Of a stretch of 64,000 bases of DNA, positions 45,901 to 59,512 are shown piece by piece. A program made the position numbers and the translations under genes. Origin of the DNA: Haliotis rubra (taxonomy: Eukaryota); contig NW_025767202.1 in NCBI RefSeq assembly GCF_003918875.1, positions 2,232,001 through 2,296,000 of the forward strand, written 5' to 3'. Under the pieces are notes generated by a model. It was not told the DNA's origin and did not search any database. It saw only the letters and a program-made list of their open reading frames with translations. Each line of letters opens with the position of its first letter. Position 1 is the first letter of the stretch.

Positions 45901-48900
45901 GTGTCCATGACTTATTGCTCCGGGTTTTCGGGTCAAGGTCAACGAGGGTCAAGGACTGTAATAATCCAAACTGTCGAGAGCCATTGGTCAGCTCGTACCA
46001 CACGTGAAGTGTGCCCCAGATCTGTTCTCCCACGGAGTCAGGGTCCTATAATGGAGTATCAGATAATACAGAAGCACGTATATCCCATTTTGTTGCAGGC
46101 GCCCTGACTTACTCCGAGCTGGCGTCAGTTGTCCGCAAATCAGGGGGACAGTATGCGTACTTGAACGAAGCTCTAGGTCCTATTCCGGCATTCCTGGTAG
46201 TATGGACGCGGGAGGTTGCTATGAGTCCTTCATCTACAGCAGTCGTCTCCCTTACTTTTGCCGAATATTTTGAGTCAATGTTCGTCGTTTGTGGATCACC
46301 AGAGCTACCAAAGAAATTGATTGCGATTCTTCTCATCAGTAAGTATTAGTTTGTGTGTCATGATCATGTTTGAACAAATTCAATGCCTCACAACCATCCT
46401 TTGCTATCAGGTACAAATGCTCAATTTGTTTTATCATGCCAACCAATAAGCTGTTAAGTCATCTAATGCGGTTTAATTATGACAACTTAAATTTCTGCCT
46501 ATCCGCCAAAATATACATGTACAAGGCGGAAAAATCGAAGAAATTTCATTTATACCCCAACACTGAAAATATTGTTCATTCTAACGCCGTCTAAAAATTC
46601 TGCAAGTAAACAGAAGACTATAATAATAAATGCATAGATCTGGAAGGTATAACGATTTACCGTTACGTCACCACGCAACTGTCACATCCTGATGTATCGA
46701 TTTCCCGTTACGTCACCACGCAACTGTCACATCCTGAGGTATCGATTTACCGTTACGTCACCACACAACTGTCACATCCTGATGTATCGATTTTCTAAAA
46801 GCTGTAGATTTTAACTGGTGCCCTCCTTATGTCGATAAACCGATACAGTAATAACGAGAGCTGGGGTAGCCAAATGGTTAAAGGGTTGGCTTGTCGCGCC
46901 GAAGTCTGAGTTTAATTCCCAACATGTGTACAATAAATATCACGACGTACTACGAATTCACTCCTCGCCCGGAGGTGGCAGAAAAACGAAGAAGGCCGCT
47001 AGCCTTATGTTTCCCTGTCTTGTGCTCACCAGCAGTACCATGTACGTATACTCTACTTTGTGTTTGCAGTGACGCTGTCGATCATCAACTGCTTCAGCCC
47101 TAAACTGGCAGCCCGTGTCCAGGTTGTGTTCACTGGAGCCAAGCTGCTGGCTCTCCTCGTGATCATTACTGGAGGTGTGGTATGGATGGCCAAAGGTAAG
47201 TCTGAATTCAAGGTTCTTAAACTGCTAACACCTTAAGTTTGAAATAATGAGACATCCACCCGGACAGGACATCTTGTGACCTACACTATGTGCTTATGCC
47301 TGCATGTCCTTAACATAAAAGTGAAACTGCCAAATACTGAATCAGTTGTTCACGATGAACCTACCCCAACTATAAATAAAACATGGATTCACTGATACAA
47401 CTGCAAGAGTCATGGTAAAAGAGTAAACACAAGTTGTACAAAAAAATGAATTGAAGCACAATTACACAAAACTGGATTTTAGAAAATGCATCAATATTAC
47501 CTCACGTCAGTTAAACGTTGAAATTAGTCTTTTGATATCGTTGATAAAATATATTTGGAAATTAAAAAGGTCTTAAAGGAGCATTCGTTCCTGCATTGAA
47601 TTCCCAATATCAGCATGAGACTTACGACACTGACCCACACTAGAGGAATAATATGTTTATCAAGTATTGTAATTCAGCATAGCATGCATAAGACAAGTAA
47701 ATAAACTCCAGGGTAAAGTATGCAAAGATTTCTGATATATTACATGTAGTGTTTATTTATATGCCGTTGATGCGGTAGAGTAGCCTAGATGTTAAAGCGT
47801 TCGTTAGTCGACCCGGGTTCAATTCCCGACATGGGTACAATGTGTGGAACCCATTTCTGGTGTCCCCCGCCGCCATATTCTGTATATCAAAGCGGCGTAA
47901 AACCGTACTCATTCACTTAAATGAAATGTCGTAGTACCTGTTAGATAACCACATTTCTGTAGTCATGAGATCATGGTAACAAGGCTTTTATCTGGTTTAT
48001 GTGGATGATCCAAGGCATCAGTAACACTGTCGAGGTGTAACAGTTTCTTAATACATATCCGTTGATATAGGCGTGACGTCTGACCTGATGACGGGTTTCA
48101 AGGGCACCACCGATTCACCTGCTTCTGTAGCCCTTGCTCTCTACTTCGTGATGTTTTCATACGGCGGCTGGTAAGTACTAACAAGAGGGCATTGCCACAT
48201 GTACAATCTAACTGACCTCTGTTAGGTTTTGCAAGGACTAATATTTACTTAAACACCTATCCGATACACTCCCCTATTCTGACTTCTACCATCGTGTCGG
48301 GCACTATACGCTCCTTGCTTAGTGAACACCCGGTGTCATCAATATTCGATAGTAATTCATGAACACAAAATGTCATGCTCTTGGTAAAGTTAGAAACGTA
48401 AAGTGAAGGTTGCTTTTAGCAGAAATCTCTTATGATTATGGAAAACATTTTGTTGCTTTTATATCATAAAAATATACCCAAAAGCATTGAAAACGCACCA
48501 GTCTAAATTGTCCATATTTTCACAAAGATGGATTTCAGCATGACAATGATCAATGAGTATGACTAACATGACGTCACAGGGCATGTTTAGTTGAAAAAAA
48601 TGTTTTAGAAACGAGTTCCTGTTCACAATACAATGTATGAATCTTAACTCCAAAACGCAACAACATGCATCCACTCATGAAAAAAAGCGAATTTCGTTCT
48701 GAAATCATGCTGACTGTGACCTTAGAAACAGGTGTATGAGAAACGATTCTCATTGCTTCACTAACAATTGTGAAACGAGGACAGAGATGCTTGGAATAAC
48801 ACCTCAGGAAAGAGAACGTGCACTAGGCATGATCCAGGTTGGCACCAGCAGCAGGGATATTGCTTGACGACTTGGATGTGGCCACTCCACCATAGTTAGG

Positions 48901-51900
48901 CTTCATAGACAGACAGCACCCGTGACCTTCCACGACCTTGGCAACAACGTGCCACGACGCCATATTGTGTATGACCATGTCCGTGATCGAACGCTGTCGG
49001 CTGCCAGGACTGCTGCACTAGTTCAAGGTCGATGTGGGGTCATCAGCGCCGACACCGGGGCTCGCTGTCGGGCTCCATGCTTGAGGTTATTACATTGGAC
49101 CAATTCTTACAGACACCGTAATGAACGTATACAACGGGCTAACAGGCATTTTCAGTGGAGATTACAACAACGGCATGGTGTGGTATTCACTGACGAGTCA
49201 AGTTTTCATCTACGTAATGCTGACGGCCGATTACCTGTCTAGCGTAGACGTGGTGAACGTTATGCTGATGAGTGTGGTGGTTCAAACACACCGTTGGGGT
49301 GGTGGGGGTGTCATGGTATGGGGTGGATAAGTTACAATCAAAGGACTGCCTTCATGTCTGTCAAGGGAGAGTTAGTGCCCTTTACTACCGTGACCAGATT
49401 ATTCAGAATCAGGTCGTACCATTCTTCAATCACCCCAAGGATGTCCATACCTTCCAGCAGGACAACGCACGGACACATACAACTAGACTTTCCATGCTGT
49501 ATCTGGCCCAGGAAGACATCTTGGTAATTCACTGGCCAGCAGTGTCGCCAGATGTATCCCCTATTGGTCAACGTCTTTCGCGGCGACAACAGATGCGAAA
49601 CACCCTGGAACTTGAGGCTGCACTACTGCAGGAGTAGAATGCCATACCCCAGAAGAAGGTTGCTTTTAGCAGAAATCTCTTATGATTATGGAAAACATTT
49701 TGTTGCTTTTATATCATAAAAATATACCCAAAAGCATTGAAAACGCACCAGTCTAAATTGTCCATATTTTCACAAAGATGGATTTCAGCATGACAATGAT
49801 CAATGAGTATGACTAACATGACGTCACAGGGCATGTTTAGTTGAAAAAAATGTTTTAGAAACGAGTTCCTGTTCACAATACAATGTATGAATCTTAACTC
49901 CAAAACGCAACAACATGCATCCACTCATGAAAAAAAGCGAATTTCGTTCTGAAATCATGCTGACTGTGACCTTAGAAACAGGTGTATGAGAAACGATTCT
50001 CATTGCTTCACTAACAATTGTGAAACGAGGACAGAGATGCTTGGAATAACACCTCAGGAAAGAGAACGTGCACTAGGCATGATCCAGGTTGGCACCAGCA
50101 GCAGGGATATTGCTTGACGACTTGGATGTGGCCACTCCACCATAGTTAGGCTTCATAGACAGACAGCACCCGTGACCTTCCACGACCTTGGCAACAACGT
50201 GTCACGACGCCATATTGCGTATGACCATGTCCGTGATCGAACACTGTCGGCTGCCAGGACTGCTGCACTAGTTCAAGGTCGACGTGGGGCCATCAGCGCC
50301 GACACCGGACTCGCTGTCGGGCTCCATGCTTGAGGTTATTACATTGGACCAATTCTACAGACACCGTAATGAACGTATACAACGGGCTAACAGGCATTTT
50401 CAGTGGAGGTTACAACAACGGCATGGTGTGGTAGTCACTGACGAGTCAAGTTTTCACCTACGTAATGCTGACGGCCGATTACCTGTCTAGCGTAGACGTG
50501 GTGAACGTTATGCTGATGAGTGTGGTGGTTCAAACAGACCGTTGGGGTGGTGGGGTGTCATGGTATGGGGTGGATAAGTTACAATCAAAGGACTGCCTTC
50601 ATGTCTGTCAAGGGAGAGTTAGTGCCCTTTACTACCGTGACCAGATTATTCAGAATCAGGTCGTACCATTCTTCAATCACCCCAAGGATGTCCATACCTT
50701 CCAGCAGGACAACGCACGGACACATACAACTAGACTTTCCATGCTGTATCTGGCCCAGGAAGACATCTTGGTAATTCACTGGCCAGCAGTGTCGCCAGAT
50801 GTATCCCCTATTGGTCAACGTCTTTCGCGGCGACAACAGATGCGAAACACCCTGGAACTTGAGGCTGCACTACTGCAGGAGTAGAATGCCATACCCCAGA
50901 ACACTATTCTGACGCTTATTGACTCAATGAGGAGACGTTGCACTGCATGTGTCAATGCAAATGGCGGTCACACGCGATATTGACTTTTCGATTTGACCCC
51001 ACATGAGTTTCATCCTTTCTGACTGTGAAACAATTAAATGAATGAACGTGTTTTCTGTGTTGTTGTTTTCGTCAGTCGTCCATCTGTTATTATCCACTAA
51101 AAATATCAATTACTTACACGTGCTTTTAGTAATCTCAACTTGTGTAAGTGGTGCGTTTTCAATGCTGGTGAGTATATACAGAATATGCTTGTAATAATAT
51201 TTATAGCATTAATTTTCATATTACATATATGTTTTGATAATTACCAGTACATAGCATAATTAGACACATTTTAAAGTGAATCGTAAGCTGATGTTGATAG
51301 CATAAGAAATGACTATTGTATCTTCTATTTTCAACTGGCCGTTCTATCTCGTTTGTGTTACAGGAACAACGCGAACAATCTACTTGAGGAGGTTGAGAAT
51401 CCGAGGAGGTAAAGCCCTAAAGAGTGGATTTTGTCAATACAGTTTGTGATGTACACGTACATTGGAATGTGAATAGTGTTAAGGTTGCGTCAGAAAAGTA
51501 AGGTCATTTCCAAGGAATGAACTATATCAGAAAATTGTGTGCTAAATTAAATATATCGACAGATGTGTGAGTGAGTATCAATTTATGCCGTTTTTTTCAT
51601 TGCGGGGACCATGGCTTCGGGAAAAAACGATACAAAGTATTGATTTACTGTAAATAGTCACAGAACCGTTGATCGGATTATATTAAAGCATTGGCGTCAT
51701 TGGCCAAGCATGACCGGAACAGGAAATCGACACTCATTACAAAGCAACGGTTAGTAACGGTAACAGATTCAAATACTCAGGAGTGCGGTTTACTGTATCG
51801 TATACTTTGGAAATGTGGTATAATTTAAAATGTTGTCATTCCACGAAAGGTAAGTCTTCTGTGGACCTGATAGCTCATTGTCCTGGGTGTGATCTTTGCT

Positions 51901-54900
51901 GGAGCAATTGCAAGTATAAGTACACATTGTGTTTGATCTGTTATAGAAACGTGCCATTGTCCTGGGTGTGATCTTTGCTGGAGCAATTGCAAGTATAAAT
52001 ACACATTGAATTTGGTATGTTATAGAAACGTGCCATTGTCCAGCGTTATCGGGGTCCTGGTGACGGCGTTTGTTTACATCCTGACTAACATATCCTACAT
52101 CCTGGTCCTGTCTAAGAAGGAACTCTTCAACTCCACTGCAGTAGCAGTAGTAAGTTGTGTCATGTTGTATAATACACATTACATTAAATACAACAATTTT
52201 CTTCCTATGATCATAAATTAAGCGTAAGCGTCACAGAATAAGCAGTATCGATATATGTTGACACATATCCCATCGAGCGTAGTAGGTAACATGAATGGAT
52301 CATTGAAACGAAAACGGTAACCATGTTCTGCTCTTGAGCTATTTTTATGACAGCCACCAATTAAATATTTTTACTCAAAAAGAACGTTATACATACAATT
52401 TGGAAATCAGCCAGTGTGGTGAGGATGACGAATGAGACCTCAGGGTCCTTGATTGGCCGTGTACACGTACATATTTCACTTCTTCTAGAGTTGGGGAGAC
52501 CGGGTGATGGGCGTGGCAGGACTGATCATTCCGATCTCTGTCATGTGTTCAACGTTCGGAGCTCTGAATGGAGGCCTCTTCAGCTCGTCAAGGTAAATAG
52601 AAAACCTCCCAACTTCTAAACGAAACATAAGAACCGTTTTTACTTATGATCTTAAATGAGTACCTCAATGCCAGAGAATAACAAGTCTCAATTATCTGCC
52701 GATTCATTTTCGCGAGAAAAGCAGTGGTGAATATTAGATGAATGGTAAATGCAAATCTGGGACGACCCAAAATTAGTAGCGAAAGGTAAGACTATCCTGT
52801 TCTACCGGTATCAGGAAATCATACTTAGGAAACAGCTGTTAATCACAGTGAATGTTGTTATGTCCAGGATAACCTTTGCTGGTGGTGTTTGTTTGTTGTC
52901 AGGGTAACCTTTCTAATGATACTTTGTGTTTGCCAGGATCACCTTTGCTGCTGCACGTGACGGGAACTTCCCGGAATTCCTCTCCTACATCCACGTCAAG
53001 CACTACTCTCCCATCCCGTCTATACTGTTTCATGTAAGTGGTGGGAAGTACTTCCTTCACGATCTGCAGCTGTCACTTCTATCGTTCTTCATCTCAGTGT
53101 TTAGTGCTAGTTCACAGAGCGGAATGTGGAAGTGAATTAAGCACCTTATCAAGTTAGGAGCATTGTTCGTATATGTATAAAGACCACTTGTGCAAATGAT
53201 ATACCGTTCAGATTATCAAGCCACAATAGCAATACTCGACCTTCCTTCACATTAAAAATAGATCGGTTCAATGTTGAACACTAAATTTCATAAATATGAC
53301 AAAATAGTGTCTCGATTCACTTGCAAACGTGCCATGAAAGGACCATGCAAATGGTGCAAAATTACTGCAAAAGAAAAGGTCATGAATATTGCGAATAATT
53401 GTACCATGTTAGTCGGCGTGTTTGTGTCTCTGGGTCCCTGTAAATATTGCGACGACGCATTACTCCCGGATGTCTCTGGGTCCCTGTAAATATTGCAACG
53501 ACTCATTACTCCCGGATGTACAGTGTCGTGGTCGTGGGGCTATACTGGCACACGATGCTTCAGGAATACTCCTGGATGTTGGCCCCCTTATGTCGGGAAG
53601 AACTTACAGATAGATACATGCCGCCGTCAGCAATATGGGTGACAGCGATCCAGTGCCCCACACTCAATATACAAGTGAATTAAAGACACACATGGAATCG
53701 AAAGTCTATAGACGGGGTAGTAAAATAGAAACTACATGCTACCGACGAATACAATCGCTTATAGCAAACAAATGGGATCAAGTTGAACAGTTCTGAAAAC
53801 CCTTCTGTGTATTCCACCAGATATTCTTTGCCGTCATCATGGTTCTGGGATCCAGCATCATGTCGTTGCTGAGGTTCCTGTCCTTCCTGGCGTGGTTCTT
53901 CTACGCCCTCAGTGCTGTCTCAGTCATTGTCCTCAGGTTCACGAGGGAGAGGGACCCACACAGAATCAAGGTAATGGTGAATGTACCTGACCATCCACAC
54001 AATCAAACCATATTCTAATCGTCAGTCGCAGACATGTATACATCTAGGATCCGGCGCACAAGTGTAAATGTTATCTAATAGCTATGAAGGGTTGTTTTCC
54101 TTAACATCCATGATACAATGAACAAATCTGGTTAAATTGCCGAAATCTCTCACATATGGCGGCAAGATTGCTCATTCCGCGTTATGCAACAATCACTCAC
54201 TTCGTCACTGTTTCTTTATTTGTGGGTTGTACCTGACCACTCTGGGTTTGTTCGTTCTTCAAGCTGATACACTGTATGTAACAGAAATAATGTTCACGCC
54301 CGCCTTCTTCACTTTCCCCAGATTCCAATGGTAAACCATGTGCTGTTCCTGCTTGTGTCGGTGTTCCTGGTGATGACGCCCATCATCGACTATCCCCGGA
54401 TCGAGTTCCTGTATGCTGTAGTGTTCTGTGTAGGGGGACTTGTCTTCTACATACCTTTTGTACACTACAAGTTGAAGCCGCGTTTCCTAGGTAACAAGAC
54501 ATCTATAGTCCTAGATACTAGGCATTCGGGAAACATGTAATTATTTATGCATTATTCAACACATGGTCACTCAGGATTCTAAACGAACGAGCATGATCCA
54601 ATTAACGAAGAAGTTTGTTAAACAAGTTTCATATTTTCACGGTGGTTCTAATGGTCTCTGAATGATTTACCAAACTGACGGTTAGTGACGACGGAAACAA
54701 CACTGAACGGTAAATCATGACAAAGTTAATAGATGGGGTAAGGTTTACGTTTGTGATCGGATTCACGGGAGTATAATGTTCTCAAGCGAACAAATATAGA
54801 AACATTTAGTTCCCCACTGAGTGCTTGGGTACATTGTTTGTACTTGAATAACAACCGTTATTGTGACATGGTTTCATTTCAGACACATTCGAGATGTATA

Positions 54901-54947
54901 TGCAGATGTTCCTAGAAGTTGTACCAAGTCCTCCAGAGGAGAGTTAA
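42954..54947 (+). CDS. SLC7 family L-type amino acid transporter light chain (b(0,+)AT/LAT-like), about 488 aa
   Basis: 13 phase-consistent exons: 42954-42969, 44259-44387, 45511-45612, 46099-46338, 47070-47195, 48071-48170, 51364-51408, 52026-52149, 52489-52592, 52937-53033, 53821-53970, 54322-54490, 54883-54947. Motifs VGTVIGSGIFITP, ALTYSEL..KSGGQYAY, F..CGSP (heavy-chain Cys), YGGW, EE..NP.RNVP, STFGALNG, AARDG.FP and QMFLEVVP. The first exon is the least certain. Confidence 0.92.
43469..43665. mobile_element. Penelope-like inverted terminal-repeat fragment
   Basis: Arms ~43469-43532 and ~43564-43628 are reverse complements. Followed by CACCTCAACTTCTAAAATGCCCATCAAA, similar to 27726-27750. 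Confidence 0.75.
43514..43552 (-). ncRNA. Minimal type-I hammerhead ribozyme motif (U3-A8 variant)
   Basis: Minus strand GC-TTGACAA-C-GACAT-tagaatct-ATGTC-GAAA-CG-TC-GC. Stem II covaries relative to the 27.6 kb copy. Confidence 0.6.
46653..46792. repeat. 45-bp tandem repeat x3
   Basis: Unit CGATTTACCGTTACGTCACCACGCAACTGTCACATCCTGATGTAT. Confidence 0.9.
47768..47918 (+). mobile_element. tRNA-derived SINE (family 1), degenerate
   Basis: GTAGCCTAGATGTTAAAGCGTTCG...ATGGGTACAATGTGTGG...AAAGCGGCGTAAAACC. Confidence 0.8.
48475..51174 (+). mobile_element. Tc1/mariner transposon (dead), partly tandem-duplicated, in SLC7 intron 6
   Basis: TIR TACCCAAAAGCATTGAAAACGCACCA at 48475 and 49725. Right TIR TGGTGCGTTTTCAATGCTGGTGAGTA ends at 51174, with TA flanks. 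Transposase motifs VVFTDESSF, GGGGVMVWG, FQQDNAR.H and WPAVSPDVSPI (third catalytic E deleted), with stops and frameshifts. 1250-bp duplication period. Confidence 0.9.
53424..53520. repeat. 47-bp tandem repeat x2
   Basis: TGTCTCTGGGTCCCTGTAAATATTGC.ACGAC.CATTACTCCCGGA repeated. Confidence 0.85.
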
Positions 54948-55898
54948 AATGGCGTTTAACGTCAAATGAAGATGACTGCCGTTATACAGCTTGTGAGTGT
55001 TTGGGTGTGTCCAGACTGATGCTGGTGTTCAGTGCCAGCCGACTAGGATTGCATGCTGCTGGTGAACATGGTCGCCTCTCTCGGACACAGTATACTGAGC
55101 CAGCAAGTCCTTTCATGCCTTGAATGTCGAGCGCCACACGGCCCCTGTACATAGACTAGTGCCAAATGAATGCTGTGTTATAACCGTCCTTGCATAATCC
55201 CCCTTGTTACATATATACATACATCATATTAAAAGAGAAACATATATTTGCAGTACCCGGTGTTGAAATTGTATTTTGATACTTCTGCGAAGAAGGAGCA
55301 GATCATTTTGTACACCGTTTTTAGTAGAACGAATGGTTGGAAATACTAAAATGCAAAATGGACACTTCCTCACTCTTGTGTTGCTGAAGATGAGTTTCTA
55401 CATGCCAAGTGGATATTCTGTGTTCCGTAAAGATCGATGCTCATGAGCCTTGATCATTACCGCTATAAATGTATACCACATAAACAATTGCCTTCACCCA
55501 GAACCAATTACAATCTCATCATACAACGTGACGGTGATGATCTATTATGTGATTGTATGACGCTTCAGTCTAACGTATGCCGCAATTACCTCCCCTTCAT
55601 GATATTTTTCCGTTGTCTAAAATCCCACTCAATCTGAGTTAGGGCATCATTTTTTTATATGTGTTTCACGTTGCCACCAAATTCTGAACGTGGGTCGGTC
55701 GATCGGTGAAAAAAACTTATAAAAAAACTTAATAAAGACAAGAGTGCTCGTGATTCTCATGTGTTGTACTTGTTACTACAATTTCTCGCGTTCTCTGGAC
55801 TTCAAACTTGTGGCAGCGACTGTGAGGAAGGTAAACAACTCACCTTAAATATCTCGGATAACACCTATTAACATATTAATTAAATATCTGATAATTAA

Positions 55899-56063
55899 NN
55901 NNNNNNNNNNNNNNNNNNNNNNNNNNNNNNNNNNNNNNNNNNNNNNNNNNNNNNNNNNNNNNNNNNNNNNNNNNNNNNNNNNNNNNNNNNNNNNNNNNNN
56001 NNNNNNNNNNNNNNNNNNNNNNNNNNNNNNNNNNNNNNNNNNNNNNNNNNNNNNNNNNNNNNN
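55899..56063. other. Assembly gap (N run)
   Basis: Ns in sequence. Confidence 1.
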
Positions 56064-56089
56064 ATGTAGGATATGTTGGATTTACAATA

Positions 56090-56930
56090 TAATATTCAGG
56101 CAATGATTTTCTCAAATCTGACAAAAAAGGACATATTCAACAGAAATGATTGGTATACAATACGTTTGGGAAATGAACATATTAATTCAAACCATGTCTG
56201 TTGATCTATTGATATTTTACAATTGTTATTATTTTGTCTAGTTTGAAATTTGATAGCTGGGGACGTAAAATATTTACCGCTTTCTGGATATGACAAAGTT
56301 TTTTTGTGTTATATACCATGACCCACTGCATGAGAAATGAACACTCAAATATTTGTAATCAGACACAATTTCTAGTTTGGTATCATTAAAATAATGTTTT
56401 TCGCATTTCTTTAATCTACGGCCTTTCCTGAAAACCACACATTTAGTTTTACTAATATTGACAGTTAAATACCATCTTTACAATATGTTGATAAATTATT
56501 CAGTCCTTTTTGTAAACCTCGGACAGTGCTATCAAGCAGTAACATATCATCGGCGAAGAGTAACATGAAAAGCCGACAGACACCATGGTCAATGCATCTA
56601 TCTTCATCAACACCAAGAAATTCAGTAATATCATTAACATACAATGAAAATAGCAATGGTGATAGTTGGCAACCCTGTTTTATTCCGCTCACACAGTCAA
56701 ACAAGTGCGTGTAGCCACCTTGCAATAATATACACAATTGAACATTTGTGTACATATTTCCAATTAATCTAACAAAATTACCTTTGACATTGCCAGTCCA
56801 AAGTATATACATCAAACTTGTTCTATTGATGGAATCCAATGTAGCTTAAAGATCAACGATACAACAGTATATTGCCCTTATATAAAGAGAAATATTAGAG
56901 AACAGTGTCTCTAACACAAATGTATTGTGC
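56090..56930 (-). mobile_element. LINE reverse transcriptase fragment (decayed)
   Basis: DSINR, GIKQGCQLSPLLFSLYVND, LLFADDMLLL and GLQKGLNNL..YC motifs, with stops and frameshifts on both sides. Confidence 0.88.
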
Positions 56931-57803
56931 TTGAATTGAATGAGTTTATAGAGTTCATAAATTTTAAAATGTTATCAAATTACGATGACACTACTCCCAA
57001 TTTCAAATTGGATATGAGGGTGATACTTCAAAATAGACCAGATGTTTGTTTTCGTTTTCGTCTGCTATGCGCGAAGCAAACATCATGGTCGGTCTGTTGT
57101 CAAGGGTCATAACTCTGATATTTTTTTGTGCGGTAACATTTTATATGACGAGTCGGTACGTTCTAGGTTCGAGTCGGCGGTGTTGGCATGAAAAAATTTA
57201 AAAAAAATTATTTTTGGTCGGCGGTAAAATTAGGGTCGGTCGGGCGATGAGAAACACAAAATAAAAATTCTGCCCTTTTAAAAGACGGGAGGAGAACACA
57301 CAGTATTCATAGGTGTGTACATGCTACTGATCATCAATTGTTACATGTTAAACTAGATTTTAAGGACGATTGTTCGGGAAAGGGTGTTGAGGGTATTAGG
57401 TTGTACATATTTCATTTGAAAAAAATATTTGTGTTTCAATTCCCGCGCAGGACCAACAATTGACATGTTCACGTGTTTACTGTGAAATAATTTTGTTACA
57501 TGATTAATCAAAGTATGGAAAACGAATTGAGTTAAAATCAGTCAACTTCACATGCGTGAATCTCACATTCATCTTTATAAATGAGTTTTATGATAAAAAC
57601 ACTTGATAAAAGAATTATATATTATTCTCTTACTTCATTTCCGAGAGTGAACGAGATGGGGACGGATTTAATACCTCTCGTGAATTCAGGAAATTCTATA
57701 TTATCTTTCATTACACTTTTTGACCAGCCCCCCTGAATGGTGTTTAAGCACAGTAGTCAACTTGATTACTTGTACACTGACCAAAGGTTCCTGCTTCACT
57801 TGA

Positions 57804-57950
57804 GTGAGTGAGAGTAAATGAGTGAGTGAGTTTTGTTTTACGCCGCTTTTAGCAATATTCCAGCACACATTGTACCCATGTGGGGGATCAAACCCGGGTC
57901 TTCGGCGTGACAAGCGAACGCTTTAACCACTAGGCTACCCCACCGCCCCC
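57804..57950 (-). mobile_element. tRNA-derived SINE (family 1) with internal deletion
   Basis: Head and tail present, with approximate TSD CTTCACTTGA. Confidence 0.85.
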
Positions 57951-59352
57951 TACTTCACTTGAAATGAACATCATATACATATCAATTTATATCACTTCAA
58001 TAACTGACAGCTTGACATATGGGTATGCTAATCGGCTCGTGTCATATGCCTACAGGGTGTTCATATACATTCTCGAGATGTCGATTACAAGCGGCGCTTT
58101 ATGCATGTCGTCTGAAGGATTTCGCGGCTAGTCTACCGTGATGGAGACGCCCTCTTGCTATAAATCAGCGCAAATTAAATTCTAATTTAAGAAAAACTGT
58201 GAAATCAAATACTTTGACACTTATAACGGAATATTCGTCTGGTGTTGTGTTTTAAAGGGACAAAAAGAGCAATATCTGGAGATTTATGACATATTCGGTG
58301 ATTTGTATTGAATAGTATTCGTTAAAACATAAATACAGCGTAAGTAAGGTAATAATGACTCACAGTGATGCACATTTTGAGCAGATGGAAAGGAAGAATG
58401 GCACGCATATTTGACAAAAATATTCCAAGCGGTGTAATGAAGAATGATTTCCTACTTAATAATCAGCTTGTCTTGTACGACTAAACATTTTCTTCTTATT
58501 ACGTTGCACTGAAAACGTGGGGGAAAACATGAAAATAAGTCATAATTAGTCAATTTCTACATTATTACTTACGTCTATAGCCACACAGGGTTATTGTTCA
58601 TACATAAACAATATATAACAATCATCCTATACATGCATATATGCATATGTCGTTTATCCCCCCCACACACACACACACATATAAACATGTAGATTGTCCA
58701 TAAACATACATGTAAGTATATTATTAGCATTACATATTTTACATTACACACACACACACACGCACGTGCATACATCAGACGGTTACCTACTCCACTATAT
58801 ATTGATTTAGTACATACATACACATTATATATCAAAACAAGTTTCATCTTGTGCCAAAAGCATGGAACTTGAACACATTTTGAAACTGTGTAGTAAATAA
58901 ATTATACCAGTTTTCGGACCATTTCAAAGTTCGGAGATGCAAAAAATACCCCCACGCAAAACCCCAGTCCATTTAGTGACCTTCTCATTCCGAGCCAAGC
59001 CCAGTTTTATGGTCCGAGCGAAGGGCGAGCACTGACTAACGGGACATACCATCTCCCACTACACAAAACTGTCCTGGCAACTGTTTCTGGACAGAGAAGC
59101 ATGCAGACCTTCAGGTTGTACAGGCTTTAAAACAGCGGACACCTGCGTCTTGACCCTGATTTAGCTACGGAGGACAGCAACTGACCACTGTCTACAAACA
59201 GCCATGGTAAACACGCTCTTGTTCGCACGTCTTAGAGATTAACGTCTCATTCGGTTATATAAAGAGAAGGCAACTCATCCAATTAGGACGGCTGTTAAGA
59301 AATATAAAATTAAGACTTGTTGATGTTGAAATGATAAAAGGACGGGTAGATA

Positions 59353-59512
59353 TTTTGCTTCTCACAGTTGCACCCTTTGAGCGGCCAGGGTCCACCAATC
59401 ACTGTTTTGCTTCTCAAAGTTGCACCCTTTGAGCGGCCAGGATCCACCAATCACTGTTTTGCTTCTCAAAGTTGCACCCTTTGAGCGGCCAGGATCCACC
59501 AATCACTGTTTT
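59353..59512. repeat. 52-bp tandem repeat x3
   Basis: Unit TTTTGCTTCTCAAAGTTGCACCCTTTGAGCGGCCAGGATCCACCAATCACTG. Confidence 0.92.

Larger units (their letters stand above)
55641..57276. mobile_element. Putative DNA transposon shell with degenerate TIRs
   Basis: Left AGGGCATCATTTTTTTATATGTGTTTCACGTTGCC vs right (rc) AGGGCAGAATTTTTATTTTGTGTTTCTCATCGCC, with GGGTCGGTCG motifs near both ends. Spans an N-gap. Confidence 0.45.
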
